From NCBI RefSeq assembly GCF_037042905.1, contig NC_087262.1:10664001-10728000 (forward strand): a DNA stretch of 64,000 nucleotides, given 5' to 3'. Under the pieces are notes generated by a model. That model was not told the DNA's origin and did not search any database. It worked only from the letters and a program-made list of their open reading frames with translations. Of the stretch, positions 38,098 to 50,505 are shown in pieces (within the stretch, counting starts at the first letter, position 1; the number at the start of each line of letters is the position of its first letter). A program made the translations under genes and the position numbers. This stretch comes from Lytechinus pictus. Its lineage: Eukaryota.

Positions 38098-41000
38098 ATG
38101 TCGGAGCATACCTACAAGCTGATGTACTTCAATACGACGGGGCGCGCCGAGGCTGCCCGAATGCTCTTTGCGCTCAAGGGCGTTGAGTTCGAGGATTACA
38201 GGTTTAAGGAAGGGGAGTGGCCAGAAATAAAGAATGATAAGAAAGGTAAAGATATATATATATATTATATATATGTATCTCCTTATATTTTTCAGACGCT
38301 TCTGACGAAGTCTCAATTAAAAGACGAAAGCTAAAGCAAATAATGGTGTCCTGCGTCATCTGTTGAGTTGGCCTCGCCTCATCTCATTATGTTTAATATT
38401 CACAACTCAACAGCGATTGGTAGAAGTAAACTTATCATCACTCTATATTATATATATATATATATATATAGATATATATACATATTCCGAGCAGAATCGA
38501 TTCAGGAGTAAAGTGAATTATTCATCGCTGTTTAGTTGCTTGCAGTACATGAATATAATAGGTACAGATAATCACAATTCTTTCCTTTTCGAAGAATGAT
38601 AATAACTCGAATGCATTGACAGATGCCAATTATAAATGACTTTATTTCCATTTTTAGGGGTCCTTCCCCTTCATCAGGGAAAACGTTTAAGTGAAACATT
38701 GTAAATAATTCGAACGAGTTGCATGCAATGCACTTTTCTGCTCTGCGTAGAGTATATTGATAGTTGGCGTGACGGGGGCGTGGCAGAGGTGTGGCAAGTT
38801 ACGCTCTGCGGAGCAACCTCGATACAAAGTCAAATGAAGCATTTGGTAGCTTATCATCATCGATGCCAATGTGTGCACATGTTGATATTATCTTTTCCTC
38901 TTGGAAAGACTGGGATGGGATGGTTTTTAACCAATGAGATTTTAACCAATATAGTCGACTAAAAATTGTTTCCTTTTTTTTAACAGTATTTCCACTTGGT
39001 CAGTGTCCAGTTTTACTCATTGACGGAAAGCCCTTGCCACAATGTAAAGCCATAATCCGACATCTCGCCAGGGAGTTTGGTACGTTAGATCTACTCCATA
39101 TGTTGTTCTGATCATGTTTATTGTTTGATCTATCTTTTATTTATTTTTTATTCATTTTTTCGTTTCTAATTTTATTTTGCCTTTTAATATTATTTTTGTT
39201 ATAATGCTGTTTTTATGGATTTTCTTTTATTTTGTTTTCATTTCATTAAATTGTTTGTGTTCATCTTGTTTTGTATTTCCTTTTATTGATTCATTTTTTA
39301 AACTCTACTTTCATCCCGACCCGGTACTTTCCCTGTTTAATAGCCATCTAGCGACGCCCCCCCCCCCCCCCCCCCTCTTGAGTTTCTCATGAGAGCGTTA
39401 AAATTGTTAGTCTAAATTGAAATCGCAAGATATATACGGTATTCACTTGTGGCGTATTTTCGTGAGGGCAACTGTCCCATCTGTCCCGGCCGACCCCCCC
39501 CCCCGCTTCTTTGAATTTCCTACGCGTCTTATTCCCCCCCCCCCCCGAATAAATTCTGCGTACGGCCATGCTTCAAACACGTGTAACTTGTCTCCAATTT
39601 TACGACGCTAGGTTTCTACGGTGCAAACAATGCCGAGGCTGCAGAAATAGACATCGTTGGCGAAACGGTGGATGACATCGTCGCTAAAGCCTTGCCCGCT
39701 GCCTTTGAGAAGGATGCAGAGAAAAAGGTATTAAGAGAAGATCGTCAGCCGTGTCTCCGTTGTAAACTTTGCGGCGATTTCATTATATTTTTACATAGGG
39801 AAAAGGCCCAAAGGGGGAGAGAAAAGGCGACACTGTCCCGTAGGTTTTTGTTCAAAACCCCAAATTCGAGGGGACCGTCGTACAACCCCAATTTTTATTT
39901 TTCATGTTCAATCCTAAACAAATTATAGGAAAGGGGATCAAGACATTAGATTACAATGAATAGAATAGATGAAACCAGTCCAATTGTATTAAAGAGGGCA
40001 CAATTTCATTGTAACAACTGAAGGGGCTGACGGGTATATAAATTTTAGACCAATTCGTAGTTGAACCCAAAATATGGCATGGTGGGTTAATATTGAGAAA
40101 CACACGCTTTCATTCGGCGGGTTCATTTGTTTAGAACCAGGCCGCCATGACACCATGGCAACTGACGTCATCGCTTCGGTACTCTATTGACAGAGGGGCA
40201 CTAGCGTACCTAAGGGCGGGCAGGGGGCAGATTGCCCCCCTGACGACTTTTTTTTTTGCGTACGTTCTTGGCTTTGTTTGCTTGTCAAATTTCTTTTGTG
40301 CTGAGAAATCCTTTATTTGTCGTTGAAGACCTTTTTTTCCCTTTTTTTTTGCTTGTCAAAAATGTTCGCGGACGAAATATCCTCCAAAAAATTTGCCCCC
40401 CTTCTGGAAAATCCTAGGTACGCCAGTGCAGAGGGGGATAAAGAACAAAAAAGAGAGGGTGAGAGAGAGAGGGGGGTTACAGGGGCTTGGGGACGATTTT
40501 TAAAGAGGGTGCTGGTTTGTTAACAAGCACCCCCCCCCAAAAAAAAAAGGGGGTGACTTTGATTTCTTTAAAATGACAACCACTCCATAATGAAAGGGGA
40601 TTTTGTTCAGAAAAGCACACCCGTTACCCAGGCCCATGGAGAGAGAGAGGGAGATGAATGATATATGCCATAATTTATTATATGAAATAAAAAAAAATCA
40701 TATTCATTCTTGATATTATTCAGTGAGGCGAAACATGAAAGGACTTCTCTTTGGTTGTGCAAAAATGAATACTTAAAAAATGTTGTGATACAAATTGAAT
40801 GATATTTTGATATTTTTTTTAACAGATATTTTTTAAAAATGTTTCTCCAACCCATTTTATTTTTTCCAAAATTTAGAAGACAGTGATTGAGGATTTCAGG
40901 GACAACACTTCCAAGCCGTTTCTTCCTTACCTCAACGATATGATAGAAAGAGCAGGAGGACGATTTTTCGTTGGAAACACGGTATGTGTCAAGTTACGTT

Positions 41001-42441
41001 TAAAAGGTATAGTCAGAATCGGGGGCCGCGGATGCGGGGGGGGGGGCTGGGAGGCTTCAGCCCCCCACTTTTTTCCAAAACCATGTACAAAAATGCAAAG
41101 ATGACCATAGGATTGTGATTTTTCGCATGGTCAGCCCCCCCCCCCTCACTTTGAAAACCGTTCCGCGGCCCCTGAGAATGGGGGGAGGGGTCCATAAAAT
41201 TCACTCTTTCACAACGCATTATAATTATCGAGTAACAATTTCCGTCCATGTTAACGCCTATATTAAGTTTCGGTATGTTCGAAAATGATTTATTTGCATA
41301 GTTTGAATTCAGTGTAAGATAATTTCAGAGTATAATCTTCGAATGATTTTATCTCTCTGATAGAGAGAGAGAGGGGGTGCCAAGATTCTTAACAATGATA
41401 TTCAATTTTTTTACAAAGATGGTACTTCAGTATAATTTACAATTGTGGTAACACAAATATAACCAAAAAAAATTCGACAATAAAGATATTCACATCATTG
41501 AACTTAAAATCACTAGCGGAAGACGGATTATTATTGTAAGTAATCATTGCTGATCCTCTATACCAATATTATGCTTTAGACAGATTTTGATAATTAAAAG
41601 TTTGGTGTTGACATAGTGTCATGTATATAGCTCAATAACAACACCAACAACACAATCTTGAATTAGGACTGGTGTATTCGACCCCCCCCCCCCCTCCCCT
41701 CCTCCGCTCAATTTTTTTTTTCTCTCTCTCTCAATCATGTTGAATATGGACAAAAAAATATGTATTAAAAACAAACATTTCGCTTCTGAATACCTGTATT
41801 TCCTCAACGTTTTTATAAGGTTATTCAAAATTCCTCACTTTGTAATATTAGGCCTATGTTATGCAGGGTGCGCTGGGAAAACAGTTCATAATGTTTATAA
41901 GAGCTGGGGGCCGTTTCATAAAGCTGTTCGTAAGATAAGAGCGACTTTAAGAGCGACTGGAGAACCTTTCTTACGCGCTAAATCATCTCCAATGAACATA
42001 CCATTTACCACAAGAAAGGATCACCAGTCGTTCTTAAAGTCGCTCTTAACTTACGAATAGCTTTATGAATCACCCACCTGGAGTGGCTACCCTGGGAGAA
42101 TAGTAATAATAATGATTATTACTATTATTATTGCTATTATTATTATTATTATCATCATTAAATGTTGTTATTATTATTATTATAATTTTTATTATTATTA
42201 TTATCATTGTTATTATTCTATTTTCATCATCATCATCATAATTATTATTATCATTATTGCATCATTAATACAGGAATCAGTAGCTGACATCACCGTCTTT
42301 TGTCTACTGGACTTCATATTCTCTATGCTGGACAACGCAAGAGAGACGTACCCTGCCTTGGCGAAGTTCCACGACGGTATTACGGAGAACTCCCGGCTCA
42401 GCGAATACATCAAAAGCCGCCCTCCCGTGCCCGGAATGTAG
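38098..42441 (+). CDS. Sigma-class glutathione S-transferase, paralog 4 (5 exons, 209 aa)
   Basis: Exons 38098-38245, 38987-39079, 39612-39727, 40877-40981, 42274-42441; GT-AG; 630 nt. MSEHTYKLMYFNTTGRAEAARMLF...EWPEIK...FPLGQCPVL...PQCKAIIRHLAREF...SVADITVF...YIKSRPPVPGM*. Confidence 0.95.
40199..40428. mobile_element. hAT-like MITE, 8-bp TSD
   Basis: TSD CAGAGGGG; TIR cactagcgtaccta / taggtacgccagtg. Confidence 0.85.
41020..41174. mobile_element. CAGGGGCC-terminal MITE with 5-bp TSD
   Basis: TSD AGAAT; inverted copy at 49983-50158 with TSD CAATA. Confidence 0.8.
41907..42077. mobile_element. Palindromic PIF/Harbinger-like MITE in GST4 intron 4
   Basis: 3-bp TSD CTG; near-identical to 10384-10554. 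Confidence 0.8.
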
Positions 42442-42496
42442 ACAAAACGGGATTCACGATTTACGACGGTATCTCTGGGAACGGTAGCCCGGATTG

Positions 42497-42880
42497 TGAA
42501 TTGCCAATTCGTCTTCTGCCAACTCGTCCACTCACCACATGATCTACCTCCATCTAGTTTAATGCCATTCCGTCCATCAAAATTTCGTCTAATAACAATG
42601 GTCCACTAACCATTTGGTCCAATCATCACTTCGGCTAATCACCACTTCGTCTATGACCATTTCATCTCTTAACCAGTTGGTCTAATATCCATTTTATGTT
42701 CATTTTTTTGCCCAATTAAACATTTAGTCCTATTAGACCAAATGCATGGTATATGGAATAAATTGCTACTGGACATATGGTGATTGGACGAAATGGCAGA
42801 TAGACCATGCTTTGTGGATAGTGGACGAACTGATGGTAGACCAAAATGATAGTAGACGAATTGGCATAAGACGAAACAAA
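42497..42880. mobile_element. Inverted-repeat element with short subrepeats just 3' of the GST4 stop
   Basis: tgccaattcgtct...tgccaactcgtcca mirrored by tggacgaactg...tagacgaattggca. Confidence 0.6.
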
Positions 42881-43863
42881 TAACACGCGAGAACGATTCT
42901 GCATTCCCACGTCCTATTTTTCACGACATTATTATGTGCCAAATTAGAGAACAAGCATGGGTCATACGATTTACGAGGGCATGCTGTGAAACCACCTTTA
43001 TGACAATGGGTTCCATGACATTTGCTCCGGCGACAGTTGCTCCGATGGAAAATCTGCACATTCAGCCAAACATAAACTAACGTGCAACAGTAAATAAACC
43101 CTACTTATTATATTTCACATTGTTCTGAACCAAAAACTCTATTACGATCCCAACACTAACCCTTTCTCTCTAAGATATTAAGACAGGATGAAATGTCTTG
43201 TCACCGGGAGTGATGACACCACCCCCCCCCCCTTTTTTTTCAAGTCAAAATTTTTGGGGAAAATGCACCGGTCACCTTTAGATAAATCCTGGATCTGCGC
43301 CTGAACTCGTGATTGTTGACTAGTGAGATTAAAAAAAAAATCCCCATTCATTTAATAGTAATGTGTTTTCTATAAAATTTATAACATGTGAGTATGAACA
43401 TAACTTGACAGATGCAGTTCGAGTATATCATGATTGAAACGTGATCTGTGTAAAACGATATAGAATTATAAATGATTATAGGTGATAATAAATGGAAGTT
43501 ACGATAACATGGTTTGTTTTGTGTTGACCTATTATTTTTTAAATCATACTTATTTTAAGTGTCAATAATAGGGATCATAGTGTAGCAATAAAGGAAATAA
43601 TATTATTTATTCATAGGCCAGCTCTTCAAGAAGTCATCAATGATTAACCAAAAAGCATTACACATTAATGGCAACTCTATAGTACGTCTCAAGTACATAT
43701 GATGTGCTATAGCACATCAAATGTACTATAAATACTAGTATACTAGTATTTATATAATGCTTTACATTATTCATGCATTCATTTCATCATTTTTATTCAT
43801 TAATTTGTAAATAATCATATATATGTACATGTGAAATTAAAAATTGATCCACATTATGATGTA

Positions 43864-44717
43864 GGGGAGAGCGGGGTAAGTTGTGACACTTTTTGCATTT
43901 TGCATGTTAGAATTGATATGACTAATAATACTGTAGAAATATAAAGTATCTAGACTTTAGATTTGATTCTTGGGAAATATTTTTCACCGATATATAACTT
44001 TCTACCCCCACACTGAAAGTCATTGTGACCTTTGAAAAAAACGATGTCAAATGGCTCAACTTACCCCATCTGTGGGGTAAATTCTGCCACATTCTGGGGT
44101 AAGTTGAGCCACAAAAACTATGTTCAAAATGTATGCTTGAAGAACTAGCATGTCAATTTTTTATTTAAAGTCTTTTCAGTTGCTAATTCTCTATAAATAC
44201 TAACAACCTCTAAAAGTAAAAGAACTGTCATGTGAATTTGCTCATTTCGGCCTCCTCAATGGCTTTTTAAGGTTTTTGTTATTATTAAACATTACCATAA
44301 GAATTTCTATGGCTCAACTTGCCCCATGTTGGCTGGCTCAAATTACCCCAGTCCGAACTTAATGCGATATTTTCACATCCACACATTTCTTATGCATCCA
44401 TCATGTAAAAGACTATGACAAGAATGAGAATCAATACCTGGACTAACAATATTGTTCTTATTTCTTTATTATATTTAAAGACGTGTGCGGGTAAAAAGAA
44501 CTTTTCTATTTCACACCCGTTTTTACTTTTTTGGCTGAATTTTTTTTTTCCTTTAAAAAATTACTTTTTGTTTCAAAGTTGAAAACAATGTGGTGGGTTT
44601 AAGGGTTATGTAATGGGTCATCAATACATGACACCACCACAATGTCTGACTCATTCATTATTGGCCTGGGGGTGGTGGCTCAACTTGCCCCTATGCTCAA
44701 CTTACCCCGCCTTCCCC
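43864..44717. mobile_element. TA-flanked MITE (Tc1/mariner/pogo-like); partial second copy 53115-54198
   Basis: TIR ggggagagcggggtaagttg / caacttaccccgccttcccc with TA on both sides. Confidence 0.8.
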
Positions 44718-44929
44718 TACTCAATGCAAGTGGGTTAAATTGGTACTTGGCAGGAATTAATTCCTTTAAATTCTTGTGCTCTGTAAAAGGCTACGATTGG
44801 CTGAAGACGGGGAAATATAGACTTTAGAAGTGCACACATGTATATATAGAAGTTGTTTCATAATCTGACATCCGCTACACAACGATCATGTATTATTATT
44901 TTTATTTGTATTATTATCATTATTATAAT

Positions 44930-44963
44930 TAGTAGTAGTAGTAGCAGCAGCAGCAGCAGCAGC

Positions 44964-44994
<31 letters not shown>

Positions 44995-45115
44995 ATAGTA
45001 GAAGTAGTAGTAGTAGTATAGTAGTAGTAGTAGTAGTAGTAGTAGTAATAGTAGTAGTAGTAGTATTAGTACTAGTATAGTAGTAGTAGTAGTAGTAATA
45101 GTAGTTGTAGTAGTA
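44930..45115. repeat. (AGT)n/(AGC)n microsatellite running into an assembly gap
   Basis: Direct observation. Confidence 0.95.
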
Positions 45116-45253
45116 NNNNNNNNNNNNNNNNNNNNNNNNNNNNNNNNNNNNNNNNNNNNNNNNNNNNNNNNNNNNNNNNNNNNNNNNNNNNNNNNNNNNN
45201 NNNNNNNNNNNNNNNNNNNNNNNNNNNNNNNNNNNNNNNNNNNATTATCATTA

Positions 45254-45461
45254 CACTCTTAGAAATGCTGGGCAACATACTGTCCACACAACAATTGGTT
45301 AAAACTTTTTCCAATTCTGGGTAGTTTTAAACCAATAATGTCATGAATGTGTGCTTTGGGTGAAAACTACACAGTATTGGTTGAAGACTATACCCGGAGT
45401 TGGATATATTTTTTTAAACAATTGTTGTGTGGACAGTATGTTGCCCAACATTTTAAGAGTG
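45254..45461. mobile_element. CACTC-terminal palindromic MITE (duplicate ~54846-55044)
   Basis: cactcttagaaatgctgggcaacatactgtccacacaacaattg mirrored at the other end. Confidence 0.75.
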
Positions 45462-46125
45462 TATTATTATAAATATTATTACTATTACTATTATTATTAT
45501 CATCATCATCATTTATTTATTTATTTATTCATTCATTCATTTATTTAATTATTTATTTATCATAATACAGGTATATTTATTCAGGTACAAAAGATCAGCG
45601 AAAGGATTTTTTCATCAATGGCCTGATGAAAACAGAATCACGATTATAACAAATAACATCAATATCATACATGAAAGTAAAATCAAATTATGAATCATTA
45701 TCGAGGCAGTGCTTAGTAACACAAATAACAAATATTTTTTACGTAAGTGCTTACACGACAGTGTATAAAATGTTACAGTTATCACAACGGAAAAATATAG
45801 ATAAAAACTACACTACACTTATAAAAATAACTGAAATGAAAGTAAAGAAATGAAATAGGGGCGCTATAGTAACTAAAAATTTGAGTGAAACAATTCCTAT
45901 AAAGCACGCGTATTATTTTTATTATCATTATTCATTATTATTATCATCATCATCTTCATTATCATCTGGATTATCAGTTGGTTCTTTTTTTTTTTATCTC
46001 AACCAATACGAGTAGTATGTATTTTTCCTTGTAATTTTGCTAACAAATTTATCAAATTTGAACAAAACGACGTTCAAAATGAAAGCTATATCGCTGTGAA
46101 CCTAGAACAGAAACGAATAAACTGT

Positions 46126-47466
46126 TCACATCGAGGAGAAGAGATATTTCTTCTCCCATTCCTCACATTTCCCTTTGGCTATCGCGTCTTTTTCCAATTG
46201 AATATCATGTCTCTTTGCTGCCACAAAGCATTTTATGAACTCAGGACCAAGGGCTTCAGTGATGACTTCGTCTTCTAGCAAAGCTTCAACTGCTTCTTCC
46301 ATAGTTGCAGGTAGCCTCTTGGTTCCTTCTGGAACATACTTGTCCTGGTATGCATCGCCCTCAATGCCTTCTGGAAGCGGAAGTTTCTTGATAATACCAT
46401 CTATTCCTGCTGCAATGGTTGCAGCCATGCTGATATACGGATTGCACGCACTTGCACCTATCCGATTCTCGATATAGGCACTTCTCTCTCCATCGGTTTT
46501 GACTCGGATGGCACAGGTTCGGTTGTCAGGTCCCCATGTTGCGTTCCAAGGGGCAGCAGAATTCACTTGAAACCTCTTGAGGCAGTTTGGCGTGGGTGCC
46601 ATGAAGATTGCGATGGCTCTGGCGTGGGCAACAAGACCGGCAACCCAGTACTGCCCAATGTCGGACAAACTGGTAGGACTGGATGCGTCGTAAAGCTTCG
46701 GGATCTTACCGTCAGCATCCCAAAGCGAGTGGCAGTAGTGCGCGGATGAACCGAATTTATCTATCCATGGTTTAGACATGAACGAAGCGATGTATCCGTG
46801 CTGAAGTGCGATTTCCTTGATTCCCAGTTTGAATGTGTGAGCTGTATCTGCAGCCTTAATCCCAAACTCTGGACGGAAGGTGATCTCCAACTGTCCTTCC
46901 CCGGATTCACATCCAAAACACTCAATATCAACACCAGCCTTTGGAAGATCTGTAATAACTTGCTGGAAAAAGGCATCGTACATCGACGAACAAACTGTTG
47001 ATAAACAGAATGTGTCCGAATCCATGGGCTTCATAGTTTCTTTGTTGACGAGATAAAATTCGAACTCATGGGCTGACCAAAGAGTCAGGTCCAGCTCTTT
47101 CAAACGCTCAAGTTGTCGTTTGGCAACAACCCTTGGGTATCCGGGAACCTTCTGGCCGTTGTATTCCCCCTCGAGCAAGACTCTGGCCGTGTCGGTACAC
47201 CATGGTATAATCTGGAAGGTCTCTAGGTCAGGAAACGCCTTGCAGTCAGCATAATGAATCTCTTCACCATAGCCGGTGTTCTTGATAGGTACACCCCTAG
47301 GATCGAATGCTAAGAAGACAAGGCACATGTTGACCCCATTGGTAGCCATTTTCTCGAAATGTTTGACCGGAATAGATCGACAATGTGGTACTCCATAGTT
47401 ATTCGATTGTTCAAATCGGACAGTCTTGATGCCATTCTCCTTCAAAGATTTCAAAATCTTTTCCAT
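46126..47466 (-). CDS. Class-I glutamine synthetase-like (lengsin-like) protein, copy A, 446 aa; probable gamma-glutamyl-amine ligase
   Basis: Uninterrupted ORF with GS-I motifs: VRFE, PDLETF..IPW, HEFEFY, E..EGQLE, FMSKP...GSSAH.CHSLW, KRF, WG.DNRT..IR, YIENR, NPY. A splice acceptor 27 nt upstream of the ATG (47494-47496) indicates a 5'UTR intron. Confidence 0.92.
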   Translation of the reverse strand: MEKILKSLKENGIKTVRFEQSNNYGVPHCRSIPVKHFEKMATNGVNMCLVFLAFDPRGVPIKNTGYGEEIHYADCKAFPDLETFQIIPWCTDTARVLLEGEYNGQKVPGYPRVVAKRQLERLKELDLTLWSAHEFEFYLVNKETMKPMDSDTFCLSTVCSSMYDAFFQQVITDLPKAGVDIECFGCESGEGQLEITFRPEFGIKAADTAHTFKLGIKEIALQHGYIASFMSKPWIDKFGSSAHYCHSLWDADGKIPKLYDASSPTSLSDIGQYWVAGLVAHARAIAIFMAPTPNCLKRFQVNSAAPWNATWGPDNRTCAIRVKTDGERSAYIENRIGASACNPYISMAATIAAGIDGIIKKLPLPEGIEGDAYQDKYVPEGTKRLPATMEEAVEALLEDEVITEALGPEFIKCFVAAKRHDIQLEKDAIAKGKCEEWEKKYLFSSM

Positions 47467-48412
47467 GCTTGTTCCAGAAGTCTCTAAATTAATCTGTGAA
47501 AAAATTGAGTTTATGAATGATTAAGGCGGTACAAAATATCTATTTCCAATTTGTGCCAAATGATAACCTTTTCGCTTTGGCGGTAGTCAAATGTGAAGAC
47601 ACTCAAATTAAAAATTTATTCTTATTGGCAAACGCTTGTTCGTATATTTTCGATATAGGAAATTGACAATCCTGATGGTATACTAGGGGCACCTCTAAAG
47701 GTGTTACTTTGCACCTCTAAGTACCTTTTAGACGTAGCTTTACAAGGAAAGAAAGAGGCAGAATCAGTGGCGTACCGTGGGTCATGGTATTGGGGCCGGG
47801 GCACTAGCAAAAATTTTGAGTCACTTGTTGAGCGCGCTTCGCGCGCTCAATTGCCAAGTATACTGACTTAATAGAGGCATTTTAAGGACAGTGCCATTAA
47901 ACGGATATGTATCTCACTGATTAAAAAAATGCGAGCGCGAAGCGCGAGCTGAAAATTTTTGGTATTCAGACCTAAAAAGGGAAATTATAAGCAATTTTTT
48001 GTAAAACGTACCTTTCTCGCTAAACAAACAGTGCGAGCGCGAAGCGTGAGCTGAAATTTTTGTATATATTGACCCCAAACAGGGACATTTTAAGGACTGT
48101 ATTTTAGGAATCCATTAAGAGTATACATATTTCACCATAGTCATCTAATGCGAGTGCCAAGCGCTTGCTGATTTTGTTAGAATGACATCTAAACACATGA
48201 AGCACTTGTAGTCTTTGTAATCATGATGAACATACGCATCTCACTCAATCAAATATTGCGAGCGCGAAGCGCGAGCTGAAAATTAAGGAAATTCAGACCT
48301 GTAGAGGGGCATTATAATAAGGCTTGTTTGTATGAATTCACTAAGACCATACGTATTTCACTAACCAAATGATGCGAGCGCGAAGCGCGAGCTGAATTTT
48401 TATATATATATA

Positions 48413-50505
48413 CACAACAAAAAAAGTAAGTCCCCCTTAAACAAACATCAATAATTTCCGAACCAATGCGAGTTTTTAATATATTTTTTCATCGGCGTGT
48501 AGATAATTTCATAAGCTACCCGCTGAGTAAATGTTATGGACGTATTTTACGTCATGCTTCAGTGAGCACCGTCAGAAGGCAAGAGTGTCACTTTTCAAAA
48601 GTCACAAGCCAAATATCATGACTTTGATTCCATTTTATTGGAACTAAATCCACATTTTCATCATGAAAAATAGTCAGAAAGCTTGTAAAAGGTACTTTCT
48701 AAAAGACGATACAACTTTTTGGCTAAATTTCACGGTTTGAATAAACACAAGTCCAAATTTGCTATAATTTGATTTTTTACACATTTCTATCAATAAAAAT
48801 AATAAAATATGATGACATCTATTTTTGGGAAGAGTATCTTAAAAAATATTCATCGTTTCACGGTTCAATGAACATTTATTGAAAACACAAAATACGATTT
48901 TCAAATATCATAGGCAAGCATTGTTTCATTTTGGTAACTGAAAATGATCTTTTCTCAACTTTTTCGTTAGGTTCATGACCAATTAACATGCTTCAATGAT
49001 TCAAAGGCATTTCATTAAACATTCACGCTTGAATGAACATGTGGAATGTGATTAGCTCTTTTTTACGTTATTGGAAAAAATGCAATTTGTAACTATGGAT
49101 ATCTGTCACAAACCTCCTTGCATAGTTCATTTGATTTGATTTTATGAAAATCCCGATGTTCGATGCATCAGTGAGCACACAATATTCGAAAATTATGCAA
49201 ATGAGAAGAAAGTTCAAGGCCTTGGCCCCACTCTGTGTCGTATCGAATGGTTATTTTGGTGGGCGCGCCTTTTGGATGTGTTACTCTGAAGCCATGTGCG
49301 AAGTTTCATGAAATAACTGTTGGCAGAAGTAACAAAAACCGTCCATGAAACAAACCCTCATTTAATATTTGTTAAAATTTTGACTTCCTCTCTCATAGAC
49401 TTGTGTACATTATTGGTGCATATGTTTAAGAATAGGTTGCCCCTTATTCAATATGGTGGAAGTTTTTTTTCAAGGCTGTCTTTAGCAATGTCATTTGGCA
49501 GTAATGTTTATCAACCTATGGGCAGAATTATGTGCAAAAATGAAATCGATTTGTTTATTTATGGATGAGTGAGCATGCATCAAAGTGGGAAAATTGGTAT
49601 TTTCAATGTCACAGACTCATTGTAAAGGGTAAAAAAGTGAATATTGGGGGCAAATTCGGTTTCAAATGAGACTCTAATTGCTGTTGTTTTTATCATCCAT
49701 CATTTCTATCACCACACACTTTCCGAACTTTAAATAGTTTCATGGTTGAGCGAGCACATTCGAAAACTTAGGAATGAATACTCTTTATACTGCATACATG
49801 TATTGTTTTCCTAACAATTTCTCATGATCAGTTTAATTTATGGACAAATCGGTGGTGGATCCAGAATTTTAAAATGGGGGAGGGGCCTATAATCGGGGCA
49901 GCCACCAACATTCAAATTTTAACATGATCTAACAAGTTGTAGATGATACTACCATAAACCCCTATGATGATACGTCACAATACAGGGGCCGCGGAACGGT
50001 TTTCAAAGTGGGGAGGGGGGACTGAGCCAAAAGTGGGGGGGGGGGGTGACCATGCAAAAAATCACAATCGTATGGTCATTTTTACATTTTTGTACATGCT
50101 TTTGGAAAAATGGGGGGGGGGGGGGGCTGGAGCCCCCCCCCCTCTTCCGCGGCCCCTGCAATACATTGTGCTCACTCAACTATGAACATACGATATCAAA
50201 ATTGTGTGTGGAGTGCCTAAATGATGGATAGTAAAACAGCATAACACCATAAAATTCACCTAAAAGCAACTGTTGCCCAACTTTGTATTTGCACAATCTG
50301 AAAAACGACTCTGGTGACTTTAAAAAATTGTCATTTTTAATTCAATCTTTAATTTCTCATGCATGACTCAACCGATCAATTTCATTTTTCCCCAGGAGTT
50401 GCTTAATGAGTGTAAAAAACCACCTACGAAATATCATATCTCAAAATAATTCCGTTCAAAAGTTACAGCAATTTGATTTATGGGGGACTTACTTTTTTCG
50501 TTGTG
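48413..50505. mobile_element. 2.1-kb TA-flanked (Tc1/mariner-like) element nested in the hAT element
   Basis: TIR cacaacaaaaaaagtaagtccccc / gggggacttacttttttcgttgtg; TA TSD. Confidence 0.85.
49983..50158. mobile_element. CAGGGGCC-terminal MITE, 5-bp TSD, third nesting level
   Basis: TIR caggggccgcggaa / ttccgcggcccctg; TSD CAATA. Confidence 0.85.

Noticed and set aside
46235-47001. Short antisense/alternate-frame ORFs conserved in both GS-like copies
   Set aside because: Conservation is explained by the recent duplication of the sense CDS; no independent coding signal.
46126-47466. Recent bacterial horizontal transfer or contamination for the GS-like genes
   Set aside because: They are embedded in host repeats, have a predicted spliced leader exon, and resemble the known animal lengsin/GS-I family. 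Ancient transfer cannot be judged without a phylogeny.
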